Program-made: the position numbers and the translations under genes | Part shown: positions 35,271-45,672 of the stretch, in pieces | Numbering within the stretch: position 1 is the stretch's first letter | How the letters are laid out: each line of letters starts with the position of its first letter | Notes under the pieces: generated by a model | Database searches by the model: none | Told to the model about the DNA's origin: nothing | What the model saw: only the letters and a program-made list of their open reading frames with translations | NCBI GenBank assembly: GCA_002269645.1 | Contig: NIVC01002639.1 | Location: 62,485-126,000 of the forward strand | Direction of reading: 5' to 3' | DNA from: Macrostomum lignano | Taxonomy: Eukaryota | Length of the DNA: 63,516 bases

Positions 35271-36226
35271 TATATAGCAATAAAACAGAAAATAAGTTCT
35301 TTCTTTCTCAACATTTTTCTACTTATCAAAAAAGAAGCAATTCCCTCTAGGCTATCAAGCACAGGTGATATGCTTGCAGCTTATATATTCTGTAGGTTTG
35401 GACTTGGACACAATGGCTCTAAGGTAATTAATTAAAACTGCAAAGGCATGAGGCAGAAAACTTTGTAGTTTGATTTCAAATGTTTGAATAATATCAAATT
35501 ACAATTAGGTATTATCAAGTTTAGCTATATAGACTGCTTATTTTACTTTGATGTTTCATAATTGCATTAATATGAAATATAAGTCGTGAAGTAAAAAGTA
35601 CAATGCCCAACTTGATCAATTTTAACTGAAATAAAATATGCTGACTCTATATGCATAGTTTGGTAGGTAGTGATTCAATAGGCTAGAACCTTTACATTTT
35701 ATGTACATTTTAGCATTAAATCTTGTATTAAATAGTTTTTTGCAACTGTCTGATTGATGTATTAGAGCAATTATTTAAAAAACTGATTAAGAATTTACAA
35801 ATTGAAATTGAATTTAAATCTATCTGTTTTGTTTGGGCTGCAGGTTGTGTTGGAGTACATTTATCGATATCAGTAAAAGAAAAAATATGCACCCAAACCC
35901 CAAAGACTAACAAACATCAAGTAAAGAAAATGAATTGTAGCAGTCCACTGCTTAGTGGGTACTCTAGCTCTTGCTCTATGCCTGCTACGTCAAAGTTAAG
36001 ATCTAGCGAGACAAAAATAACTTGCTCAGATTAGCACTCCATTCTATTCTTTCCTCGATGATCACACTACCCTGTAGCTTGCTATTCAGATTTCACAATT
36101 GATCCTTATTTTCTGCTTCAACTTAGCAGAAATATTTTTCAACAGCTACGCTATTTAAGCGCGTCAAATTCTATTCAGTCTACTTTCAGCGGCAGTAGAA
36201 GCATTAAACAACTATTATTGCATTCA

Positions 36227-39200
36227 ATGGCTGAACAAAGACAATCTGAGCAATTGCAATTTGTTAACCGGCTGAATCCGGTCACTGGCGAGATGGAGTG
36301 GACCCTACTGCCTGTTGATTATGACTATCGCCAAGAGATTGCCTGCTCAGCCTATGGCGACATGCTGCACGATACAGCTAGGAATAAGGCCTATTATAAT
36401 GCCCTGCGTAGAGCGATTGAACGCATGCCTAGGCCTGTCAGAGTGCTGGATATTGGCACTGGTGAGTCTTGGTGAAATACTATTAAATAGAGAGATTTAA
36501 GAGATTTTTATTGTTATTTCCTTTATTGGCTACTGAATGTACGGTAGTAGTTATTCTAGTAGTTAATGTAGCGCTTTCATACATTTAGCATGTTTGCTAT
36601 GGTAGCAACCTTTTTTTCAAGTTAAGTTACGCAACAAAAAAGCAATGAACGACTCAAACGACTGCAATGCAACGGAGAGGCGACTGTTGAGTCTGGAGCG
36701 CATCACGTGGGTTGTAAAATCGTGAGAGTCGCGAAAAAGTCGTCCAAGAGTCGCTGTGTTAGCGCTTAACTTTCTACTGACTCAAGTAGACTAAACAGAG
36801 TTGTTTCAGGAGTCTTTGACTTCGATAAGTTTAGATTTAGAAGCCCACAAGCTTGTAGGCGTAAACAACTTGCTAATTGGTTCAGCAATAATGTACATTG
36901 GCCATTCCACTGAAATGTACGTCAGATTTAGGCTGGAACGTACAACCGGGGAAGGCAATAAAATTGGGGCGGGGCAGGGGTGGAGGTTTTTTATGGAGTC
37001 TGAGGGTTTAAGCTGAGGTGGTAAGAGCCAATAAATGAGCCTTGGCTTTAAAAATACAATAAAATTCTTCAGTTTTAACTTACTACTGAACTGAAAGTAG
37101 CTTACACGCAAATGTGCTTGAGTGGCCCATCCAGTTATTCTAGTATCGCTTTTGACGCTCTAGATAAGACTTTAGACATTCAAAATAAGACTTTAGACAT
37201 TCAAAATAAGACTGCATAGGATCGCAAGCAAGGCCAGGCTAGCCACGGCCAGAGCAAGCCCAGTCTTGGCTGCAGGGATGGCTTGGCCATAGACTAAAAA
37301 ATGGAATATCAAAATGAGAATAAGACGCTCAATATGAGACCGGGAGTCTCTCCGACCGCCACGAGGTAGGGATTCAACTCTGCCATGGAGGCGGAACTCC
37401 GCAGCGATCCTAAAGGCGGACGCTCTCTTGATCTTGAGAATTTGAGCGGCAGCTAGGATGGTTGATCCATTGTTTACTGCTTCGATCAGACGCTGACGGT
37501 CTGCTGCAGGAATCGATGGTGCCATCACAGTGAAATCCAAGGGGTCAGATGCAACCCAAGGGGTGAAGAAGGAGAGCTGGCTGAGGGTCAGAGGGTTAGA
37601 GCGATATCTGAAGGCTTTCACATTCAGTCTCATATTGAGCGTCTTATTCTCATTTTGATATTCCATTTTTTAGTCTAAGGCCAAGCCATTCCTGCAGCCA
37701 AGACTGGGCATGCTCTGGCCGTGGCTAGCCTGGCCTTGCTTGCGATCCTATGCAGTCTTATTTTGAATGTCTAAAGTCTTATCTAGAGCGTCAAAAGCGA
37801 TATCTGTGCCACAGAGCAAGTTATTAATATAAAAAAGGCTACCCATTTCCCGCTTTCCGGCACTCCTCACCGCAGGCAGCGGCCTGCTCAGCATGATGGC
37901 CTGTCGCCTTGGCGCAGACACGGTGACCGCCTGCGAAGCCTTCCAACCTGTGGCTGAGTGCGCCAGCCGGGTCCTGGCTGCCAATGGTTTTCTATTAAAT
38001 AATGCCAGCGATAGTAGTAAGCCACCAGGTCGGGGTGTTAGATTGATTTCTAAACGATCAACCGACGTTAATCCGGATACGGATTTAGCGGACGGTGCAT
38101 TAGCTAATCTGCTTGTTGCTGAGCTGTTCGACACTGAACTGATTGGTGAAGGCGCTCTGCAGTCTTACCAGGATGCCGCTAAAAGGCTGTTAACGCCTAA
38201 TGCTGTCGTACTGCCATGGGAGGGCCGACTGCGCTGCGTGCTGTTCCAGTCCGACACCTTGGCTAGGTATCACTATTTGCAGGTGAGTGAGGGTGCCAGC
38301 TAGATCCGAGTGACAATCCCAGCTAGATCTGAGTGAGAGTGCCAGCTAGATCTGAGTGAGTGAGAGTCCCAGCTAGATGTGAGTGAGAGTGCCAGCTAGA
38401 TCTGTGTGACAGTGCCAGCTAGATCTGTGTGACAGTGCCAGCTAGATGTGAGTGAGGGTGCCAGCTAGATCTGTGTGACAGTCCCAGCTAGATCTGTGTG
38501 ACAGTGCCAGCTAGATGTGAGTGAGGGTGCCAGCTAGATCTGTGTGACAGTCCCAGCTAGATCTGAGTGAGTGAGAGTCCCAGCTAGATGTGAGTGAGGG
38601 TGCCAGCTAGATTTGTGTGACAGTCCCAGCTAGATCTGAGTGAGTGAGAGTCCCAGCTAGATGTGAGTGAGGGTGCCAGCTAGATCTGTGTGACAGTCCC
38701 AGCTAGATCTGAGTGAGTGAGAGTCCCAGCTAGATGTGAGTGAGAGTGCCAGCTAGATCTGTGTGACAGTGCCAGCTAGATCTGTGTGACAGTGCCAGCT
38801 AGATGTGAGTGAGGGTGCCAGCTAGATCTGTGTGACAGTCCCAGCTAGATCTGTGTGACAGTGCCAGCTAGATGTGAGTGAGGGTGCCAGCTAGATCTGT
38901 GTGACAGTCCCAGCTAGATCTGAGTGAGTGAGAGTCCCAGCTAGATGTGAGTGAGGGTGCCAGCTAGATTTGTGTGACAGTCCCAGCTAGATCTGAGTGA
39001 GTGAGAGTCCCAGCTAGATGTGAGTGAGGGTGCCAGCTAGATCTGTGTGACAGTCCCAGCTAGATCTGAGTGAGTGAGAGTCCCAGCTAGATGTGAGTGA
39101 GGGTGCCAGCTTGATTTGTGTGACAGTGCCAGCTAGATCTGAGTGAGGGTGCCAGCTAGATCTGTGTGACAGTCCCAGCTAGATCTGTGTGACAGTGCCA

Positions 39201-42200
39201 GCTAGATGTGAGTGAGGGTGCCAGCTAGATCTGTGTGACAGTCCCAGCTAGATCTGAGTGAGTGAGAGTCCCAGCTAGATGTGAGTGAGGGTGCCAGCTA
39301 GATCTGTGTGAGAGTGTCAGCTAGATGTGAGTGAGAGTGCCAGCTAGATCTGAGTGAGAGTGTCAGCTAGATGTGAGTGAGAGTGCCAGCTAGATCTGAG
39401 TGAGGGTGCCAGCTAGATCTGAGTGAGAGTGTCAGCTAGATCTGTGTGAGAGTGCCAGCTAGATCTGAGTGAGAGTGCCAGCTAGATCTGTGTGAGGGTG
39501 CCAGCTAGATCTGAGTGAGAGTGCCAGCTAGATCTGTGTGAGGGTGCCAGCTAAATCTGTCTGAGATTGCACAGGTTCCCAGGTTGAAGTCAGTAGGTGG
39601 GTTGCATCAGTCGAGAAAGCCACATCAAAAGCAAAAATAGCACTAAGCAAATCCAAGTTTTACCTGGCTGTGACTCATAAATATGCTGGATTGAACCAAC
39701 ACAATGGCCTATTATTACCGAAAAGAACAGTTGAAAGCAGTTCCCAGAGGCTGGATTAATCAGGGTCTTCTCAAAGGCTGCTTTTGTGCTCTATTTTAGC
39801 ATTGCTACTACCAGGACATCTGCTTCCGGCACAGTGGATTCCCTTAACCGGTTCTGACTGCTCACAAACTGCACCCTCTGCCCCGAACCCCCGGTTCACT
39901 CTATTCATAGATTTGCAGAATCTCCCAGTTGCCTGTCTGCAACAATAATTCATCCATTTTTTAACTTCATAAAAGAATACAAAATTTAGGTTGAATGTGG
40001 GCGGTTACTAAATTTAGTTACTGTCGGTGCATTTACGATCTTCAGTTTACATTCATAGCTTATTTACAGCCAGAGATGCTCTGCTAACGCAATGCCCATC
40101 ACTGACTCCTTACCCCTGACTCTTTATGCCTGACTCTTCACGCGTGACTCTCCTCACCCCTGACTCTCCTCACCCCTGACTCTCCTCACCCCTGACTCTC
40201 TGTCTTTACCCTGACTCTCCTTACCCCTGACTCTCTGTCTTCACCCTGACTCTCCTTACCCCTGACTCTCCTTACCCCTTGACTCTCCTTACCCCTGACT
40301 CTCTTCACCCTGACTCTCCTTACCCCTGACTCTCCTTACCCCTGACTCTCCTTACCCCTGACTCTCCTTACCCCTGACTCTCCTTACCCCTGACTCTCCT
40401 TACCCCTGACTCTCCTTACCCCTGACTCTCCTTAGCCCTGACTCTCCTTACCCCTCTCTCCTTACCCCTGACTCTTTATGCCTGACTCTCCTTACCCCTG
40501 ACTCTTCACGCCTGACTCTCCTTACCCCTGACTCTTTATGCCTGACTCTCCTTACCCCTGACTCTTTATGCCTGACTCTCCTTACCCCTGACTCTTCACG
40601 CCTGACTCTCCTTACCCCTGACTCTCCTTACCCCTGACTCTCCTTACCCCTCTCTCCTTACCCCTGACTCTTTATGCCTGACCCTCCTTACCCCTGACTC
40701 TTCACCCCTGACTCTTCATCCCTGACTCTCCTTACCACGCCTGACTCTTCACGCCTGACTCTTCTATCTTCCAGTCGAGTCCGTGGCGCCGCGCTCCCGG
40801 CGCGGACGCCTGCCCAGGTCTCTCGGCGCCCCTGGAGTTGCAGCTGTCGCAGCTGATGCCCGGCCAAGATTTCCAGTTGCTAAGCGAACCATTCGAAGTT
40901 CGCCGCTTCCCGTTCGGTCCGCCTGACTGCCTTGCCAATCTGCCGGAGTCCGGCGATGACGTCATCTCGGTGTCCGTTCCCTGGCTTGAGTCCGGCTTGG
41001 AAACTGCTGATGATGCCGAATTGACAGTGACCGGCTGTTTCCTCTGGTGGGATCTGCTGATGGACCCCTGGCCGGAGGCTGAGCTGCTCAGCACGGAGCC
41101 GGCCTGGGTAGCGGCTGGCGGAGTGGCCCAGTTCCGCGAGCACTGGATGCAGTCGGTGCACTTCTTCCCGACGGTCAGGCGCCTCTACCGGGACCAGCGG
41201 GACTCGTTGAAACTGCTGCACTGGCACGACGGTTACAGCAACTATTTTGATTTATTACCTGACTCTGCCGCCTCTCCCGCTCCGCCTGCGGCTCGGTTCT
41301 GCTCCTGCGGCATCCATCAGACTGTTAATAGGGCCAGACTAGCGGAAACTCAAGATCCCAGTTATTCTAGTGGTCATGTAGATTGGATTAAATCCGTATT
41401 GGAACTCTGTCCTACCGATCGGGCTTTAGCAACCGTGGGAGATCTGTGCATCCTGCCGCATCTCCTGGCGTCTGCGGCGATCGACCGTCAGCCGCTTCTG
41501 TGCGTTGAGCCCCGTCGGCGCTGCCGGGAGGCTGTTATTGAATCGAACCAACTGCTGCTGTCATCTGGCAGGATTGTTGCCGAGTTGCCTAAGCTGGCCG
41601 AGCTGATGGATGGGGGCTACGGTGGATTGATTTTATTAGGTGAGTTTTGGCCTCGCCTTGTTAAACTCGTGTCTGTTACCTGTTAGATATGTAACTGCTG
41701 TCTGTTAGACGTGTCTGTTATCTATTGAACAGGTTTATATTACCTGTTAGACAGACGTCTGTTACCTGTTAGACGGGGGCTGTTATTTGTTAGACAGATG
41801 TCAGTTACCTGTTAGACAGGTTTCAGTTCAGTTACCTGTTGGACATGTTTCAGTTACCTGTTGCACAGGTTTCAGTTACCTGTTACACAGGTTTCAGTTA
41901 CCTGTTGGACATGTTTCAGTTACCTGTTACACAGGTTTCAGTTACCTGTTGGACAGGTTTCAGCTACCTGTTGGACATGTTTCAGCTACCTGTTGGACAG
42001 GTTTCAGTTACCTGTTACACAGGTTTCAGTTACCTGTTACACAGGTTTCAGTTACCTGGTTGACAGGTGTCTGTTACCTGTTAGGTGTCAGTTACCTGTT
42101 AGACAGGTGTCAGTTATCTGTTAGACAGGTATCTGTTACCTGTTAGACAGGTGTCAGTTACCTGTTAGACATGTCAGTTATCCGTTTGACAAGGGCTGTT

Positions 42201-43041
42201 ACGTGTTAGACAGGCGTCTGTTAGCTGTTAGACAGGTGTCTATTACCTGTTAGGTGTCTATTACCTGTTAGGTGTCTGTTATGTGTTAGACAGGTGTGGT
42301 GTGTTACAAATACCCGCAGCCGAGCCCAGCTTCGCCTCCAGCCTGCTGCCCTGGGACGACCTGCGCTTCTGGCACTTGGCTGCGGCCGGCTGCCCAGCAA
42401 CCCCGGCGCCGCCCATCAGTATCTATCCCAACGTGTGCCGGATAATGGCTGCCCCAATGCTATTCGACAATTTGCATAAGCTCCGCGCCCCTGTAGGACC
42501 GGACGGTTGCGAAGGCTTCGATCTGTCCGAGTTCGACCGGCTGGCGGAGCCGGCGGCCGAGGCCACCTGGTCGCGGCTGGAATCCCAGCCGTTGTGGGAA
42601 TATCCCGGCCAGCTGCTGGCCCAGCCTAAACTGCTGCTGGAGCTGCGCTGGTCCGAACATTTTCTAGGTCGGCATACTACTGATAACAAAGAGTCTAGTA
42701 GTAGTAGTATCCAAAGCGAATTGTGTGAATTTTTTTTCAACAATTCGGCGGCTAACGGTGTCGCCCTGTGGTGCGATTGGTTCGCTGAAGTTGTTCAACA
42801 AGTTGACGCCAACGAGATTAAGAGATTATATCCGGTGTTGTACAGCGGTTTACTTCCGGTTAAGAACCCGGCGCCGGATAGACTGGGTCCCAACCATTGG
42901 AACAGGTTCAGGCGGCAGGGTGTGTTGATGCTGACGCCTGGCAGGGGGTCCTCACCCATCGCCAAGGACCGCCGGCGGCTGGCGCTCACAGCCAAGTACG
43001 AGTTGGATAGCGCCGAGTTGGCTGTGTCGGTTGCGCCCTGA
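36227..43041 (+). CDS. PRMT7: Protein arginine N-methyltransferase 7 (type III, tandem PRMT cores), 4 exons, about 742 aa
   Basis: Exons 36227-36461, 37876-38282, 40775-41639, 42320-43041; GT..AG, phases 1/0/1, 2229 nt. Motifs NPVTGEMEW..YDYRQEIACSAYGDMLHD..VLDIGTGSGLLSM, double-E loop AELFDTELIGEG, EHWMQ, CSCGIH zinc linker, and second module EP.F.SSLLPW, EGFDLSEFD, QPLWEYP. Confidence 0.95.
37146..37800 (-). mobile_element. Internally deleted Tc1/mariner element in PRMT7 intron 1
   Basis: Long TIRs 37146-37340 (174 bp plus a 21-bp tandem duplication) and 37627-37800; TA on both sides. Retains about 60 codons of a paired-like HTH (MAPSIPAADRQRLIEAVNNGSTILAAAQILKIKRASAFRIAAEFRLHGRVESLPRGGRR, ATG at 37525). 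Confidence 0.85.
38285..39560. repeat. 23/27-bp minisatellite at the start of PRMT7 intron 2, with 357-bp higher-order repeat
   Basis: GCCAGCTAGATCTGAGTGAGAGT and GATGTGAGTGAGGGT variants. Confidence 0.97.
40110..40770. repeat. 17-bp minisatellite at the end of PRMT7 intron 2
   Basis: CCCTGACTCTCCTTACC, about 38 copies. Confidence 0.97.
41670..42300. repeat. 22-bp minisatellite filling PRMT7 intron 3
   Basis: GTTACCTGTTAGACAGGTTTCA variants; each has an ACCTGT-NNN-ACAGGT mini-hairpin. Confidence 0.93.
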
Positions 43042-43219
43042 GCATCGGCTAATCATTGACAGTCTCAACCTTATTGGTTACTAGCTGTGTAGTTCGATTG
43101 TTTAAAATATACATTACATTGTTTTTGGCATTTTCTATTTGTTTCGACTCTTTATCTGAGTAAAAATTTTTGTTTTTTTACATTTTGTGCTTGGTTACTG
43201 ATTAGTGATTAATATGATT

Positions 43220-43857
43220 GCCGAACTGGTTGGCCCAGCAACTGAGGATCTGGGAGGCTGGCCCAGCAACTGAGGATCTGGAGGCTGGCCCAACAGCTGA
43301 GGATCTGGGAGGCTGGCCCAGCAACTGGGGATCTGGAAGGCTGGCCCAGCAACTGAGGATCTGGGAGGCTGGCCCAGCAACTGAGGATCTGGGAGGCTGG
43401 CCCAGCAACTGAGGATCTGGGAGGCTGGCCCAGCAACTGAGGATCTGGGAGGCTGGCAGCCCAGCAGCGGAGGATCTGGGAGGCTGGTGGCCCAGCAACT
43501 GATAAACAGGATCTGGGAGGCTGGCCCAGCAACTGATGAACTGAGGATCTAGGAGGCTGGCCGAGCAACTGTCACTCTGGGAGGCTGGCCCAGCAACTGA
43601 GAATCTGGGAGGCTGGCCTAGCAACTGGGGATCTGGAAGGCTGGCCCAGCAACTGGAGATCTGGGAGGCTGGCCCAGCAACTGGGGATCTGGGAGGCTGG
43701 CCCAGCAACTGAGGATCTGGGAGGCTGGCCCAGCAACTGAGGATCTGGAGGCTGGCCCAACAGTTGAGGATCTGGGAGGCTGGCCCAGCAACTGGGGATC
43801 TGGGAGGCTGGCCCAGCAACTGAGGATCTGGGAGGCTGGCCCAGCAACTAAGGATCT
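43220..43857. repeat. 28-bp minisatellite
   Basis: GGCCCAGCAACTGAGGATCTGGGAGGCT. Confidence 0.96.
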
Positions 43858-44419
43858 AAAAGCTGGGGTTGGTGCAGGCTTCATAAAAATCAACTTAACA
43901 AAGTAGCAGCATGTAAACATTGAATAAAGTGCTAGACAATTATATTGCCTCAATATAGATATATATTTTTAGTATGCTAGAAGACTGTTGGCTTGCCAAC
44001 TGCGGCGCTTAATAATAGATTTTTTGTTACAAAATGAACAAAAACGTTGACAAATATGCACGGCAGTTAGACTCTGGGTCACTTTGGGCAGGAAAAATAG
44101 AAAATCCATCTTTAGGAAAGCAGAGAAAACGCGATTATGTTTCAATACAAATCTTGACAAATTAGATCAGTTAATTCTATTTTTGCTTCGGAATTACATG
44201 CATGGGACCGGGCACAGCCATTTTGTGTGAGGGGTATTCGTACCCGCTATTATTGCATTGGGAAAGCTTTTATATAATATAAGTAGATTAACTTACTCCA
44301 GGAATGAGCTGTGCAGCTGCAGGGTTAACACTACTTAAAAGTATTACTTTTTATGTATTTTTGTGAGACAAAAAGTGCTGCTTCCACGGCTTGATTGTTA
44401 AACTGTAGTAGATATTCAT

Positions 44420-44590
44420 ATTGGGCTGGTTACCTTCCCAGATCTTCAGACTATGTAGGTTACCTTCCCAGATCTTCAGACTATGTAGGTTACCTTCCCA
44501 GATCCTCAGACCGGGTTGGTTACCTTCCCAGATCCCCAGACCCTGTTGGTACCTTCACAGATCCTCAGACCGGGTTGTTTACCTTCCAGA
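44420..44590. repeat. 30-bp minisatellite, about 5 copies
   Basis: GGTTACCTTCCCAGATC(C/T)TCAGACTATGTA. Confidence 0.88.
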
Positions 44591-45672
44591 TTTTCACACT
44601 GGCATTCTCCTAGGCCACTGCATTTTAGCCGTTTACTTGCTAAAGACTGTTTTGTTCCACGATTTTGCAGTATCCACGATTAGCTAGTCTTGTTGAAAAA
44701 GACCCAGCTGCAGATCTCTGTCATAATTGCATAATTACAAGCTAAGAAGCACGTCTCTCGCAGCTGTACTCAGTACCTGGGCCATTAGTCGGTGTTGGAG
44801 TTGCTTGGTGTGGCACACAGAATGAAAACGAAAAGCGAGTTCGGGATTAACACAGATTAGGGCCCGGTGCACAGGTGGAGCGAGGCGTAAATTATAGCAG
44901 TAAAATACACGCGAATCTGGCGAGAGCGAATGACCAATCAGACTATCGAAGAATAACTATTTTTAAACACGTTAGATAAAACAAAAAAGCTATTTCGAAA
45001 AAAACAAATCGGGAATAAAACAAGATAATTGCTTTGACACACAAGCAGTTGCGTCACAATTGACCAAGACGGGACAAAACTTAACAGCCAAAACACAGCA
45101 CAACGGATATGCTAGTGTGCAATAGCTGGCTTCTTTGCGCCCGCAGAATGCATAAATTAATTGCCTACGAAATCAAAGCTGACAAGAAAAGTAGTTCTGA
45201 CGAGTAATCGGCCTTTGTTGGAACAGGGTTGAGAATATCTAGCTTCACTTTCTGGTTACTCTTTGTCATTTCATATCGTTTATCTAGACACTTGTACACG
45301 CTCGATATTGTCTGGTTGAGGCTCATTGTTTAATCAACCTCCATCGACATATTTCAGATGAGCAATCTATAATAATTCCTTCATCCACGATTTCAATATG
45401 CTTGCTTCTACTTTCGTCTATGGTTAAAACACCGTCAATGGTCTGTGTGGCATTGGTCTGTACTCTCCCCATGCACTTTTTTAGCCACTTTTTTAGACAA
45501 TCGTCGAAGCATGGGTTGAATATTATTGGCCGTCTTTAACTGAGCTCTCGACATCTTAAATAACCGTCAATCGTCCGATAGTCGAAATTATAAAAAAAAA
45601 TTTGAGCTAGCGAATGTGACTAGCAAGAATGTTTGACGATGAGAAACTTTGAGCTCGGGAAAACCGACTGGC

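Noticed and set aside
36620-36770. TTAA-bounded MITE in PRMT7 intron 1
   Set aside because: Terminal inverted similarity is too poor to support.
45250-45620. Coding-looking stretch downstream of the klu stop
   Set aside because: Short frames only, no in-phase splice path; treated as UTR or relic.
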